Assembly (NCBI GenBank): GCA_030141605.1
Contig: JAQGDQ010000195.1
Location: 344,616-408,615, forward strand
Length of the DNA: 64,000 nt
Reading direction: 5' to 3'
Source of the DNA: Tubiluchus corallicola
Lineage: Eukaryota > Animalia > Priapulida
Made by a program: the position numbers and the translations under genes. The stretch's first letter is position 1; each line of letters opens with the position of its first letter. Below the pieces are notes generated by a model. It worked only from the letters and a program-made list of their open reading frames with translations, was not told the origin of the DNA and made no database searches. Positions 1 to 23,118 of this stretch are shown in pieces.

Positions 1-530
1 TTGTTGTTTGTTCTTGTTGTTTCGTTGTTGTTGTTTGTTGTTGTTGTTTGTTCTTGTTGTTTCGTTGTTGTTGTTTTGTTCTTGTTACTGCTACTGCTGC
101 TGTTGTTGTTGCTTTGTTGTTGCTGCTGCTGCTGCTGCTGTTGTTGTTGTTGTTGTTGTTTCTGCTGCTGCTGATGTTGTTGTTGTTGTTATTGCTGCTG
201 CTGCAGCTTATTGTTGCTACCGTTGCTGTTGTTGTTGTTGTCGTTGTCCACAGTGATGTTATTGTTGTTGCTGCTGCAGTTGCAGTTGTTGCTGCTGTTG
301 TTGTCGTTGTGTTGTTGTTGTTGTTGTCGTTGTGTTGTTGTTGTTGTTGTCGCAGCCGCTGCTGCTTTTGCTACCCACTGTTGTCACTGTTGCTGTTATT
401 ATTGTTTTTGTTGTTTGTTGTTGCTGTTGCTGTTGCTGTTGCTGCTGTTGTCGTGGGTTGTTGTTGTTGTTGTCGTCGTCGTCGTCGTTGCTGCTGCTTT
501 TGTTGCCCACTGTTGTCACTGTTGCTGTTA
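1..530. repeat. Compound (GTT)/(GCT)/(GTC) microsatellite
   Basis: Direct reading. Confidence 0.95.
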
Positions 531-1249
531 TCGGCGTCTTCTTTATAAGAAATTCAGGTGCTCTAGTACGAATATACTATACACATGTATGTGTGTGCGT
601 GTGTGTGCGCGCGTGCGTGCGTGCGTGCGTGTGTGTGTGTGTATATTCGTACATTCATCTTTTGTGTCATCCACCCAAGTATATAAGTGTACTGTTATTC
701 TCATATTGAGGTATAACACTTAATTACTGTGAGTTTCTTCAAGTAAAGCGCCTGGCTTCACTTACACCTGTCTAATCAGCACTTCTATTGCATTGAAACG
801 TCAGAAGAGGCTGCTAGATTGCTCACTGAACCAGCTACGAGGTGACTCCTCGTCTCTAGTTTCATTCTACTTACTCTTACTACAGTCAGGTGTCACGTTC
901 GCAGCTTCTCTATTGCAGATGAGTAATTTTACGTTATGGCACACATTCAACTTTATCTGTATCAACTCTGCGCTCAAATTGTTGGGAGCATGGCGCCTGC
1001 AATGCCAGTTGAACGTGAGCGGTTGAACATAACACAATCATTATTTAGTCTAGTTTGAACTTTATTTATTTTAGTTTATTTCCAATACAGACTGCGTTTG
1101 ATACAGGTATCTCCAATTCTTATTTCAGTTTAGAAAATGGCTTCCCAACGATCTCTTGCGACTTAACCTTGATAAATTAGCGTGCTTAAATTTTGTTTAT
1201 GGATAGGAAACCAGAACTAATTCATTTCAGACATTTTTGTTAACAATAG

Positions 1250-12242
<10,993 letters not shown>

Positions 12243-13654
12243 AGTGCCGCTCAAGTGTGAAGTAGTTGAAAATTTCGTATCACCAGCTGCAACTGTATTG
12301 AAAACAGCTAAAACTCATATCAGTTTGTACAGTGTGATGTAAAGAAAAATTGAAAATGTCCTTCACGATTGTGGCAGAACAAGAACCTAGTGACCATCAA
12401 CAGCAATCTTCCTTGAGATGTTAATGCATTACGACATGAGAAATGACCAACAGCAGCAATTCTTTCAGCAGTCATCATCCATTCACTAACTGAACTTGAT
12501 GCTGCTTAACTCTCATAGTTACTCATCTATTTTTTTCAAGTAAATTACTAGCATCACTTTGGCGCCTCAGTAAACTTCAATGCCACGTGTACATCATTTA
12601 GCGTCAACATTGCAAGCCATTCGTATCTGTATTTAAAGTTTAAAATGTTTTATATCATGTATAGCGCTTTATTATATGTAACACACATTACTTTCAATGT
12701 TGTATACGAAACTGTGCTTGACGTGTATCATAATTATACAGACAATGATATTATTATCATTAACATAAAGGTAAATCATTATACAGGCACTCACAGCATT
12801 GTAACAATACTGTCAAAACTCAAAGTGTGAAAAAACATGTCTCCACCAAACACTTCAACTGCAGCCTGCGGTCATCTTCTGTGAGAGACTACACAAACGA
12901 AGAACCAGTTTTATAGGTAGAGCCTACAGTACAGAAATTCTCTAATTATGTATTAACAAGGAAGCCATATATGTAAAAGGGGCTGATCTGTAGAGAGGGA
13001 TACAGTAAAAGTATAGTTACGTGTTTGTGAACAAATTTAAGGGAATTGAACTACTTTGCACATTAAGAGAAAACTTGTTAAGGCTTGCTAGGTCTGATGA
13101 TGCATTACATTTTGACTTCCTTGTAAATACATTAGTGAATTTCTGTACTGTAGGTTTTGCCTATGCAACCGGTTGTTTGTTTGTTCAACCCATGGGTTTC
13201 CCAACCAAGGCGTCGCGTGGGGTGGCGGGCTAGTCCAAAAACTATTATTAAAAAATACTCTTTTCATGAAAAAGTATGTAAGTAGGTCTTGTTTCCTCAG
13301 TCTCTCATTACATCATTTTGTTCTGGACAGTGAAACTGGGTTTTCCCACTCTAAATGCGGTATATCAGTGCTTGATTTTCCAGGAAAATGAAAATGCACG
13401 TTGTTCTGTACAATGTACACCATTCGAAAGTGCGTCGCTGTTTTTCATTTTACGTCGGATTTCCTTGGATATCTTATTGCATTGCATTACTGGTAGCTGA
13501 GAAACAGGTGCAATCATCACATTAATGAATTAATGAAACAATCACTCATTGTACAAAAATTTGTTGAATAGTAAGTTAAAATTAATAAATGCGAATGATA
13601 ATGACGTTTAATAGTATAACATGTGATTATGTTCTTCGTGAGGTCGCGATATGA

Positions 13655-14030
13655 TGCAGGGTTCTGGAAAGGGGTCACCGTCAACAAAAGTTTGGGAACC
13701 GCTGGTGTAACTCATCTTTGAAGAAGACTGCGGGGTTCTGGAAAGGGGTCACCGTCAACAAAAGTTTGGGAACCGCTGGTGTAACTCATCTTTGAAGATG
13801 ACTGCAGGGTTCTGGAAAGGGGTCACTGTCAACAAAAGTTTGGGAACCGCTGGTGTAACTCATCTTTGAAGATGACTGCGGGGTTCTGGAAAGGGATCAC
13901 CGTCAACAAAAGTTTGGGAACCACTGGTGTAACTCCTCATTGAAGATGACTGCAGGGTTCTGGAAAGGGGTCACCGTCAACAAAAGTTTGGGAACCACTG
14001 GTGTAACTCATCATTGAAGATGACTGCAGG
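13655..14030. repeat. 74-bp tandem repeat, 5 units, each containing a hAT/Charlie-like terminus
   Basis: gatgactgcagggttctggaaaggggtcaccgtcaacaaaagtttgggaaccgctggtgtaactcatctttgaa. Confidence 0.92.
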
Positions 14031-14197
14031 CTGCAATTGAAACTTTTGGAAACATATTTTTTTAACATTTTATAGCTAAAAGTTTTAACAAAACTTGTTT
14101 TTTTTAGAAATCATTATTACTATAAGCATTAGTACTGACGATAGTGCAGTACATATCGTGAATAAGACAGGTGCGAAATGAGTACATGGGGCTAGTT

Positions 14198-15062
14198 GTG
14201 TGCACCTGTCTGTTCATGTGTCTGTGATATGAGAGAGGGAAGGTGCGTTCACCTGTCTGTTTCTGTGAGAGTGTAGGTGCGTGCACCTGTCTGTTCATGT
14301 GTCTGTGATGTGTGAGAGGTGCGTGCACCTGTCTGTTCATGTGTCTGTGATGTGTGAGAGGTGTGTGCACCTGTCTGTTCATGTCTGTGATGTGTGAGAG
14401 GTGCATGCACCTGTCTATGTGTCTGTGATTTGTGAGAGGTATGTGCACCTGTCTGTGATGTTTGAGAGTGTAGGTGCATGCACCTGTCTGTTCATGTGCC
14501 TGTGATGAGTGAGAGAAGGTGCGTGCACCTGTCTGTTCATGTGTCTGTGATGTGAGAGTGTAGGTGCATGCACCTGTCTGTGATGTGTGAGAGGATATGC
14601 GCGTGCACCTGTCTGTTCGTGTCTGTCATGTGTGAGTGTAGGTGCATGCACCTGTCTGTTCATGTCTGTGCTGTGGGAGAGGCAAGGTGCATGCACCTGT
14701 CTGTGATATGTGAGAGGATATGCGCGTGCACCTGTCTGTTCGTGTCTGTCATGTGTGAGTGTAGGTGCATGCACCTGTCTGTTCATGTCTGTGCTGTGGG
14801 AGAGGCAAGGTGCATGCACCTGTCTGTGATATGTGAGAGGGTTAGGTAGCATGTGCGAGTGTAGGTGTGTGCACCTGTCTGTTCATGATGTCTGTGATGT
14901 GTGAGAGGTGCGTGCACCTGTCTGTTCATGTGTCTGTGCTGTGGGAGAGGAAAGGCGCATGCACCTGTCTGTGATCTGAGAGGGTTAGGCTGCATGCACC
15001 TGTCTGTTCATGCCTGTGATATGTGAAAGGGTGCACCTGTCTGTTCATATGTCTGTGATATG
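14198..15062. repeat. ~42-bp variable minisatellite (gtgcacctgtctgttcatgtgtctgtgatgtgtgagaggtgc)
   Basis: About 20 units between the convergent sGC and SSRP1 3' ends. Confidence 0.93.
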
Positions 15063-15512
15063 CTACGAATGTCCAACAATAATAATAACAATAATGATGT
15101 GCAACGAATGAACCTGTTCAAAATTTTTATTTCGACATGACCTATTTATAAATTACAACATCACCGACACTTGTACTGAAATGTTGTCAACTTTACAACG
15201 AGAAGCCAATTTATCAGAATAATAAAGTACACAGTGTGATAACTGCTGGAAATTTGAGAATCGAATGAGTAATTATAATATTCGTTCATGATTCGTTTAA
15301 CATGAAATTTACATGATTGAAAGGAAACAGATCTCTATGCATCATTTTTACATTTGTAATTACAGAAATATCTTGGCAAGTTCCATTAAGACCAATAGGT
15401 AGCGGGAAAAAGCTCAACGAAAGTCAACATTTCAAATTGACACCTTAACGCACTTGTGACAAAATAACATAAACAACATCTCAGTAGTTTAAAAACAGAC
15501 TGTTCGTTCAGT

Positions 15513-15593
15513 TTAATCGGACTCCTCACCAGATGGCTCTGCACCAGATGATGCTGCTGGCGAGCTAGCAGCTGCCTCTTCATCATCAGATTT
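15513..15593 (-). CDS. SSRP1: SSRP1 last exon KSDDEE...EESD*
   Basis: ttttag| acceptor, TAA stop; AATAAA on - strand at 15126-15131. Confidence 0.82.
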   Translation of the reverse strand, partial: KSDDEEAAASSPAASSGAEPSGEESD

Positions 15594-18500
15594 CTAAAAA
15601 ACGAATGACTTTATTTAGGAGATAGACCAGGTATAGGCATTTTGTACAGAAGATGCTACATTTGGAATAAACACTCATGATAAGAAATACACAATGTTTC
15701 TTCTGACTGATTAAGACACTTAATATCCATTTTATATAGATGTGTTACACAAATGTCAGTGCAAGTCCTGCAGATACTTAAGCAGTAAGTACCGTATTTT
15801 CCCGTGTATAAGAGACCCTTGTGTATAAGAGACCCCTTCAATTTTTAGGCAAAAATTCTGGAAAAAAGTTTTTTCAGACGGACATTTTTAGAGGGTAGAG
15901 TACAACTTTTTTCAACTCAGTGCGGTACTGAAAACAAAATAAAACCAGTTAATGTGTTGTAGAAAAAGAGTACTGGTATATATTAAAGTGCGTACCTGCA
16001 AACCTGTAACAGGAAAAGAGAAAACGAGGAGATAATGCCTGTGTCACGATGCTTGTATTGCTTACAACCGCTTCATAGTCGAACGCGACACGCAAAACAG
16101 TTGTAGAGCACTTATTTCTTTAAAATCATTAGTGTCACAATTTATGCATCTTATTGAAAAGACTTACTCCCATGTATAAGAGACCCCCTATTTTTAAAGT
16201 GAAAATTCTGAGCAAAAAAGGGTCTCTTATACACGGGAAAATACGGTAAGAAACTGCTTAAAATGTAGAAACAAGCCAATTAACTAAATTGAATTTTGAA
16301 ATTGCGTTTATTAATTATTATAAAAAATAAAGCAATGACAGCTAGTAGGGGTGTTGCAAGGCTGTTATGTACACTGTTATAATGCCAGCCAAGATAAAGT
16401 ACAATGATTTGTTTCTGAAAAACAGCCATAACATTGTAAAAACAAGAACTTCTGAATAGAAAAACAATTATGATGTTTAAATTAAGATTTAGGTTTCATA
16501 GCAAGTTACTGTATGAAAGTGAATGTTGAGGTTTTGAGTAAGGAACATCCATTTTAAGAATACAAGAGTTGTGTAACTAAGCTTCAGTACTGAACTGATG
16601 TAAATTTAACGTCTGTAAAACCTGCTTGACTCCAGGTCAAGTTATAAGCACCAGCTATTTATAGTCTTAATTATGAAGTAATGTGGCGTTGGGACCGGGC
16701 GTGGGTCATCTGGCTGCATATTTCTCTTATCAGGAAGCAGCAGTATTTGACAAGATTTGCTGCTCCATGTTACGTAAAAGGTTTGCAAGGTACCACCACA
16801 GAACTACACCTGCACTGTTAATGCAGCAAAAATATACCATATATAACACAGTTTATTGGTGTAGGTATAATAATAGTAATAATAGTGTAGGTATGACTTA
16901 TTAAAATTAACTAGGAAACAAAATAGAGGTTACACAGCAGAATGGCTTTCATATTTAATGAAAGTTGTCTTACCGCCAACCCCGCTGTAGCGCCATATTT
17001 AGTAATGATGTCCCAGACCTGGCGTTATAATGAAATCTGACTGTGGTATTGAATAGCATGAACTGGGGAGTACTGTAATTTCTTAGTACCTACCGACAAG
17101 CCACACTAAAGTGCTGGACTAAAGTTTAGGCTTGAAACTGCATTTTTTACATGTGTAAACCAGAATCTGCATTGCTTACACGTGTAAACCAGAATCTGCC
17201 CAAATTTCCTTGCCCCAAGATAAAAAAACAGGAAAATTCTCATCAACCAGGTTACAACAAACAAACAAACCTTTGCCTGTGTTTTAGGTTTCAATGGCTT
17301 ATCGTCCTCGTCCGTCTCACTGGAGGAACTAGAGCTGGAAGAGATGTACTCTTTGCTCTTGTAGACGCCCTCTTTTGTGGGTGTCTTTACCGGACTACTC
17401 TTCGGCTTTTTCGGCTTCCTAAGCAGAATGACATTTTGCAAGTGGTAAAACATTACTGAATTGCAGATAATTATATGTAAGCTTGCATAGCAAAATTAGT
17501 CCATAAGTCAACTAAGCTTTTCTAATTATTCACACATCCTGAATCTCCATTTCATGAGGATCATTTTGATACCAAGTTCATCACTCTATGTTATTTCTAA
17601 GCTGAGATAATCCACGTTGAAGTTGAAGTGCAGGTTGCACACTGAAAAACATAATCTTGAGAAAATCGCTGTTAAAGTCAGCCATTGTTTTTTGTTGCGT
17701 CTCTACCGTAGAAATGTTGGGTGCTACGGACTTTGTAAGAGCACATTGAAGTTATGTCTAAATCCAGTAGATAGCTCTTCCTGACGAAAAAACTCTAAGC
17801 AAAATGGTTGCTTCCACCAGCTACAATCGGAGGTTGAAATTACAAGTTTTTTGCAATCGCAGTACTAATTTCAAACTAGAAAAGTGGGTACAGGTTTCAG
17901 AAATTAAATTTTTAGTATTTTTTAAACATTTTCTTGATAATTTAATGTTAGAATATAAAAGTCGAATATATTTAGTGTTTGTTTTTATAAAAAACAAAAA
18001 ATTGACATTTGACCAGATTTGTGGTACATTCTACTTTGAAACATAATAACATAGTTTTAACTATGCCGACGTATGGATGGTTTTGGTTTGCAAGCACTTA
18101 TAAAGAATTTGTGATTGTGTGATTCAGTGGCTCGTAGCTAAAATTAGTGGGGGTGCTGCAAAATTAAAAATTTTTAGCCATTTTTAAATAATGTGTAAAA
18201 CGAAACAAACTTATGTAATTTGATTGTAATTTTAAACAAACAAACTAATTTATACAAAAGCCTATAAACTCCTAAACAAAAAATATCGTTTTCTTACGAA
18301 TAGCTTAAATTGTCGCTGTTCAAGAATATGCCGATACACGGCTTTTAAACACGTGACAACTGACAACACATGCTGCATTGAGCGACAGTACTCTTTCAAC
18401 TTAAAGTACAGCGTCTTATCTCAGACATTTACGCATGACCGCATGCGCACAGCAACCAAACACCAAGCAAACAGTACTTCCCTCACGGGTTGCGGTTCCG

Positions 18501-21500
18501 CACAAGTATAAAGAAAGAACTAAAGAAAAAAGGCTTATTATATTGAATATTATCAATAATAATGAGTGAAAACAGGGGGTGCTGCAGTACCACAGTACCT
18601 ATACAAGAGTCGTCACTTTATGATTGCTTTATCAATGGCAGATAAGTTATAACCGATAGACTTTAGATATGTTAATAGACAGTAAGCTATAAAATCACGC
18701 GACATCAACAGTGGCAAAAAACATCAATTAATATACTAGCTGTCTTATTGCACGTTCACACTTGTGAGTTTTCTCAATAAGGTTAACTCGCCACACAACT
18801 TGCAAGTGTGTTCAGACTACAGAGTAAAACTTGTTGTGAGTTACTCTCTGACAGTAAATGCGAGCTGACACTCGCTTCTCTATTCACAGCAAAAAGTGTT
18901 GAGAGTAACTCGCCAAGGCATTCACACTAGACAGTAACTAACAGGAAATCCACTCGCATCAACTGTCGAAGAGTTTGCAAAAACTCACTAAGTAACTCAC
19001 AAGTGGGTTCAGACTAGATAGCATATTTGCTGCGAGTTACTCTCTGACAGTAAGCGCGATGTGACACTTCCTTCTCTATTCACTGCACAGAAGTGTCGAG
19101 AGTAACTTGTCGAGGTGTTCACACTGGACAGTAACTCAGTTCACAGAGTCTGCAATAACTTGTCAACAGTAACTCCCAAAACAGTTCACACTTGTGAGTC
19201 ACATGTCAGAGAGAAAACTCGCGACAGAAATCTTCCTAGTATGAATGCACCATTAGCAATTTCTAGCAAAACGAGGCAATGAATTCTAACACCAAAAAGT
19301 TACAATAACTTGCATAGAAAATCTACAGTGATGTAAATACGTTTAAAGTAATCAACTGCTTTGCCATTGTCACAGTTCTAAAATTGTATATACTCTACAA
19401 TTCTATATATAAATTGTATATAAAATTGTATATCACTCATACTTCGGTTTGGCCTCCGGTGTCGGCGGAGGTCCTTCTTCTTTCAGTTTCTGTTTATAAG
19501 CGGCCATCTTCTCTTCGTATTCCTTTTTGGCTTCTTTAGACTTCTCTTCCCACTCCTAGAAAACCACGTAAGTAACAGTGAAAGTATCAGTACAATTATT
19601 GTGCGCCCTCCCTCCACAACGCAAGAGCTAAGACCACGGAGATCTGGAATCATATCATTTTAGGGTGTTAGGGCGTATAGAGCACTTAAAGAAAAAGATC
19701 AAGTCTTCTCGGAACTCACGTTTATTTCAATTTTCGCAAAAAATGCTAGAACGATTTAGTAAAAAAACTGTGATAATCGCGCCGTGCAATTAGTAAAATC
19801 ACTTTAATGTTGAAATCATTTCATGCTTGGGCACTCGTATTTTGAATGCTCATTTTTTCACCAATGATGTCATTTTAAACCCCATTTTTCCACCAATGAT
19901 GTCACTTTTAAACCCCATTTTTCCACCAATGATGTCATTTTAAGCCCCATTTTCCACCAATGATGTCATTTTAGTCCCAATTTTTCCACCAATGACGTCA
20001 TTTTAAACCCCATTTTTCCACCAATGATGGCGCTCATCGGCTGAAGAAAAGCAGCAACTGTCAATTTCTGTCAAAAGTATAAAGAGTTTCTACGACTCTT
20101 GGAAGGGCATAGATGGCTCTTTAGAAAGAGCAAGAACAGGGCTACGCGATGATGTGGGCTATATTTAAGAACAGGTCCGCCAAGAGGAGTGACGATGAGT
20201 TAATTAGATGTTCTATTTTTGGCAATTTTTGCTTGCAAAACTGCTGATGCAAAGCCATTGTTCTGACGTCATCCATTATATTCTGCTTATAACTTCAATT
20301 CAGTAAAAGCTGCTGCTACTGGCTTTGGATTATAAATGAGGACTGTGTAAGATGTTCGTGTATTATTGATTATAAGTGTATTTATAAGCAAATTGTTTTG
20401 CGGGGCCTTTGCTAGTATTATATTATATATTCATAGCTGCCATTTATTGATTTTTTTCATGAAACCACCTAGTTTGATAATCTTTTACAATGTTAACTAG
20501 TAATAATCGCATAGCAAATCATTGTGACTCACAGTTTTATCTTCTACGGATTTCCACATCTCTCCCGCTTTCTTGGAGATCTCGGTGATAGAGATTCCGG
20601 GATTTTCCTCCTTGATTTGCTCTCTGTGTTCGTTCAACCACAGGAAATACGCCGACTGCGGTCGCTTCGGCGCGTTGGGATCCTTATTCCTCTTCTTCTT
20701 ATGTTTTCTATGTCCGCCCTCCTTCTACAAAAAACACGTATATCAAAAACCTGAGCTGATGACGGAAATATGAGTTCTATGTATTCAGTACAATTTCTGG
20801 TTTTTCACTGCAGCGTCTAATGTATATGAAATTGTTAGATGAATTGGTCTAAGAATCTTTTGCTTGCTTGCATAGCAAAATCGTCTATAAGTCGGCAATT
20901 AAGTTTTTCTCATTATTCACACATCCTGAATCTCCATTTCATGAGGATCATTTTAGTACCAAGTTCATTGAAGTTGAGGTGCAGGCTGCACACTGAAAAA
21001 CATAACCTTGAGAAAATCAATGTTAAATTCAGCCATTGTTTTTTGTCGCGTTTCTACAAAACACTTAGGAACCGTACAAACGTTGGTTGCTACGGACTTT
21101 GCAAGAACACATTGAAGTTATGTTTAAATCAAGTAGATGGCTCTTCCTGATGAAGATCTGAGTTTGGAAAGAGAAAAAACTCGAAGCAAAATGACTGCTT
21201 CCAGGACCTATTATTGGCATTTGAAAGTTTTTTACAATTGCAGTACTAGTTTCTAGCCAGAAAAGTGGGTATGGGGTTATAAAATTAATTTTTTAATGTT
21301 TTTTTAAACATTTTCTTTGAACCACCAATAACCAATTTTGGTGCGTTCTACTGTTGAAGCATCATAACTGTACAACATTTAAACTCCAGAACATCAAATG
21401 TTTAACATGCAGCAATTGTCGTTTTATCTGTAATAATAAATTACAGCAATAAGTTTTCAATGAAAAACATAAGTTTGATAAAGGTACATTACTAAATTAG

Positions 21501-23078
21501 CTAACGTGATTATCGTCTATAATTGTACAAAACAAATGACAGCGAGATTGTTCTAATAGCATGAAGCAGTTCAATAAACATAATTAGACACTTACATGTG
21601 GTCTCCCACTTATAACTTGCAAGAAAAAACAATAAGAGAAATCAACTACAACATTCAAATCGTATCAATTGAATTGCATGTCAGGTAATGTCTACCTGGC
21701 CAACTACCTGGTCACATGACTGATGACAGTTAAAGGGGCAAGACCAAATTTAACAGGCAAGACCAAATTTTAACGTAGTTTTAACTATGCCAACTTACAG
21801 ACAGTTTTGGTTTACAAGCACGCTTTTGTTAATTGCACCGTTTGTTATAGTTTTCTTTACTACATTTTCACTTTACTGCAGAAAGGTGGGGCAAAACTAG
21901 AAACAACTAATAGGAAACTCCGTTATACAACGTTTTGTACTTTCAAATAGTAAAAACGGCTTTAAAATTAATGACGGCGTCTACTGTGAGCAGTTCTAAA
22001 CAGAGTTCACTGTTTTTTTCATTCTTTGCCAATTTTTTACAGACCAAAATGGAAAAATTCTACCATCTTTCAAAACATATTGAGTAATACATAGTGAACC
22101 TTCAAAAATTCTATATATGTATACAATTATTATAGGCTATTATCTATATATTAATTTCGGAGCGGTGGGTGTAGTTGGCGTATTTAGAATTCGCGAGAGG
22201 GCCACGGCATCCTGTAACGGGCGTTTTCCCGGACCCAACTCGCGATTATTTTCGAAATTTTGACCAAACAGCTTGTTGAAAAAACATTATAGTGGTGCCT
22301 GGCGGGACTCTGGAAAAGACATATATAGCTCTTTCGAAAGAGGAAGAACAGGACTACATGATGATGTGAGCTATATTTTAGGACACATCCACCAAGAGAG
22401 TGACGGCGAGTTAATTAGATGTTCTATTTTTGGCAATTTCCGCTTGGAAAACTGCTGACGCAAAGCCATTGTTCTGACATCATCCATTATACTCTGCCTA
22501 TAACGTTAATTCAGTAAAAGCTGCTATTGGCTTTGCGTTAGGAAAATAAACAAACACTAGGTACGATGTTTGCGTATTTTTTGTTATGAGTGTATTTATA
22601 AGCATTTTTGCGGGGCCTTTGCTAGTTATTATTGTAATTTTTTTACTTTTAACTCGCACTAGTATAAGTATAAGAATGATAGAGACCAGGATAATTAAGT
22701 ACAAGCAACCTACCACTGTTTTAGCCTTTTTAGGCTTGCTATGTTCCTCTTTATGCTTTCTCTTTTTCTTGGAAGCGCTCGCATCAGAGCCAGACCCACT
22801 TTCATACTCTCCTTCGTCGGAGGAAGTCGTTGGAGGATTGGAGTCGTACTCCTCTGCGACTGATCCGCCGCTTGCCTTATCCGGATCAAAATCTTCATCT
22901 GTACAAAAAAACTATGGCAGAAATGAAACCAAACACTTAGAATTTTTTTGGATCCGGCATAAAATGTAGGATCACTAAAGATTGGTTACACCATTGTTGT
23001 TGTTGTTGTCGTTGACCACAGTGATGTTGTTGTTGCTGCTGTTGTTGTTGTTGTTGTTGTTGCTGTTACTGTTGTTGC

Positions 23079-23118
<40 letters not shown>

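Noticed and set aside
1-723. Poly-Leu/Val/Cys/Gln ORFs (also at 3050-3527, 22975-23266, 27991-28311)
   Set aside because: Translations of trinucleotide microsatellites.
13195-13235. Helitron-like hairpin plus CTAG downstream of sGC
   Set aside because: Too short and no matching 5' end or second copy.
13700-14030. ttgaaga...gaaa...gtc in the 74-bp unit as a tandem hammerhead
   Set aside because: Stems I and II do not pair; better explained as a hAT terminus.
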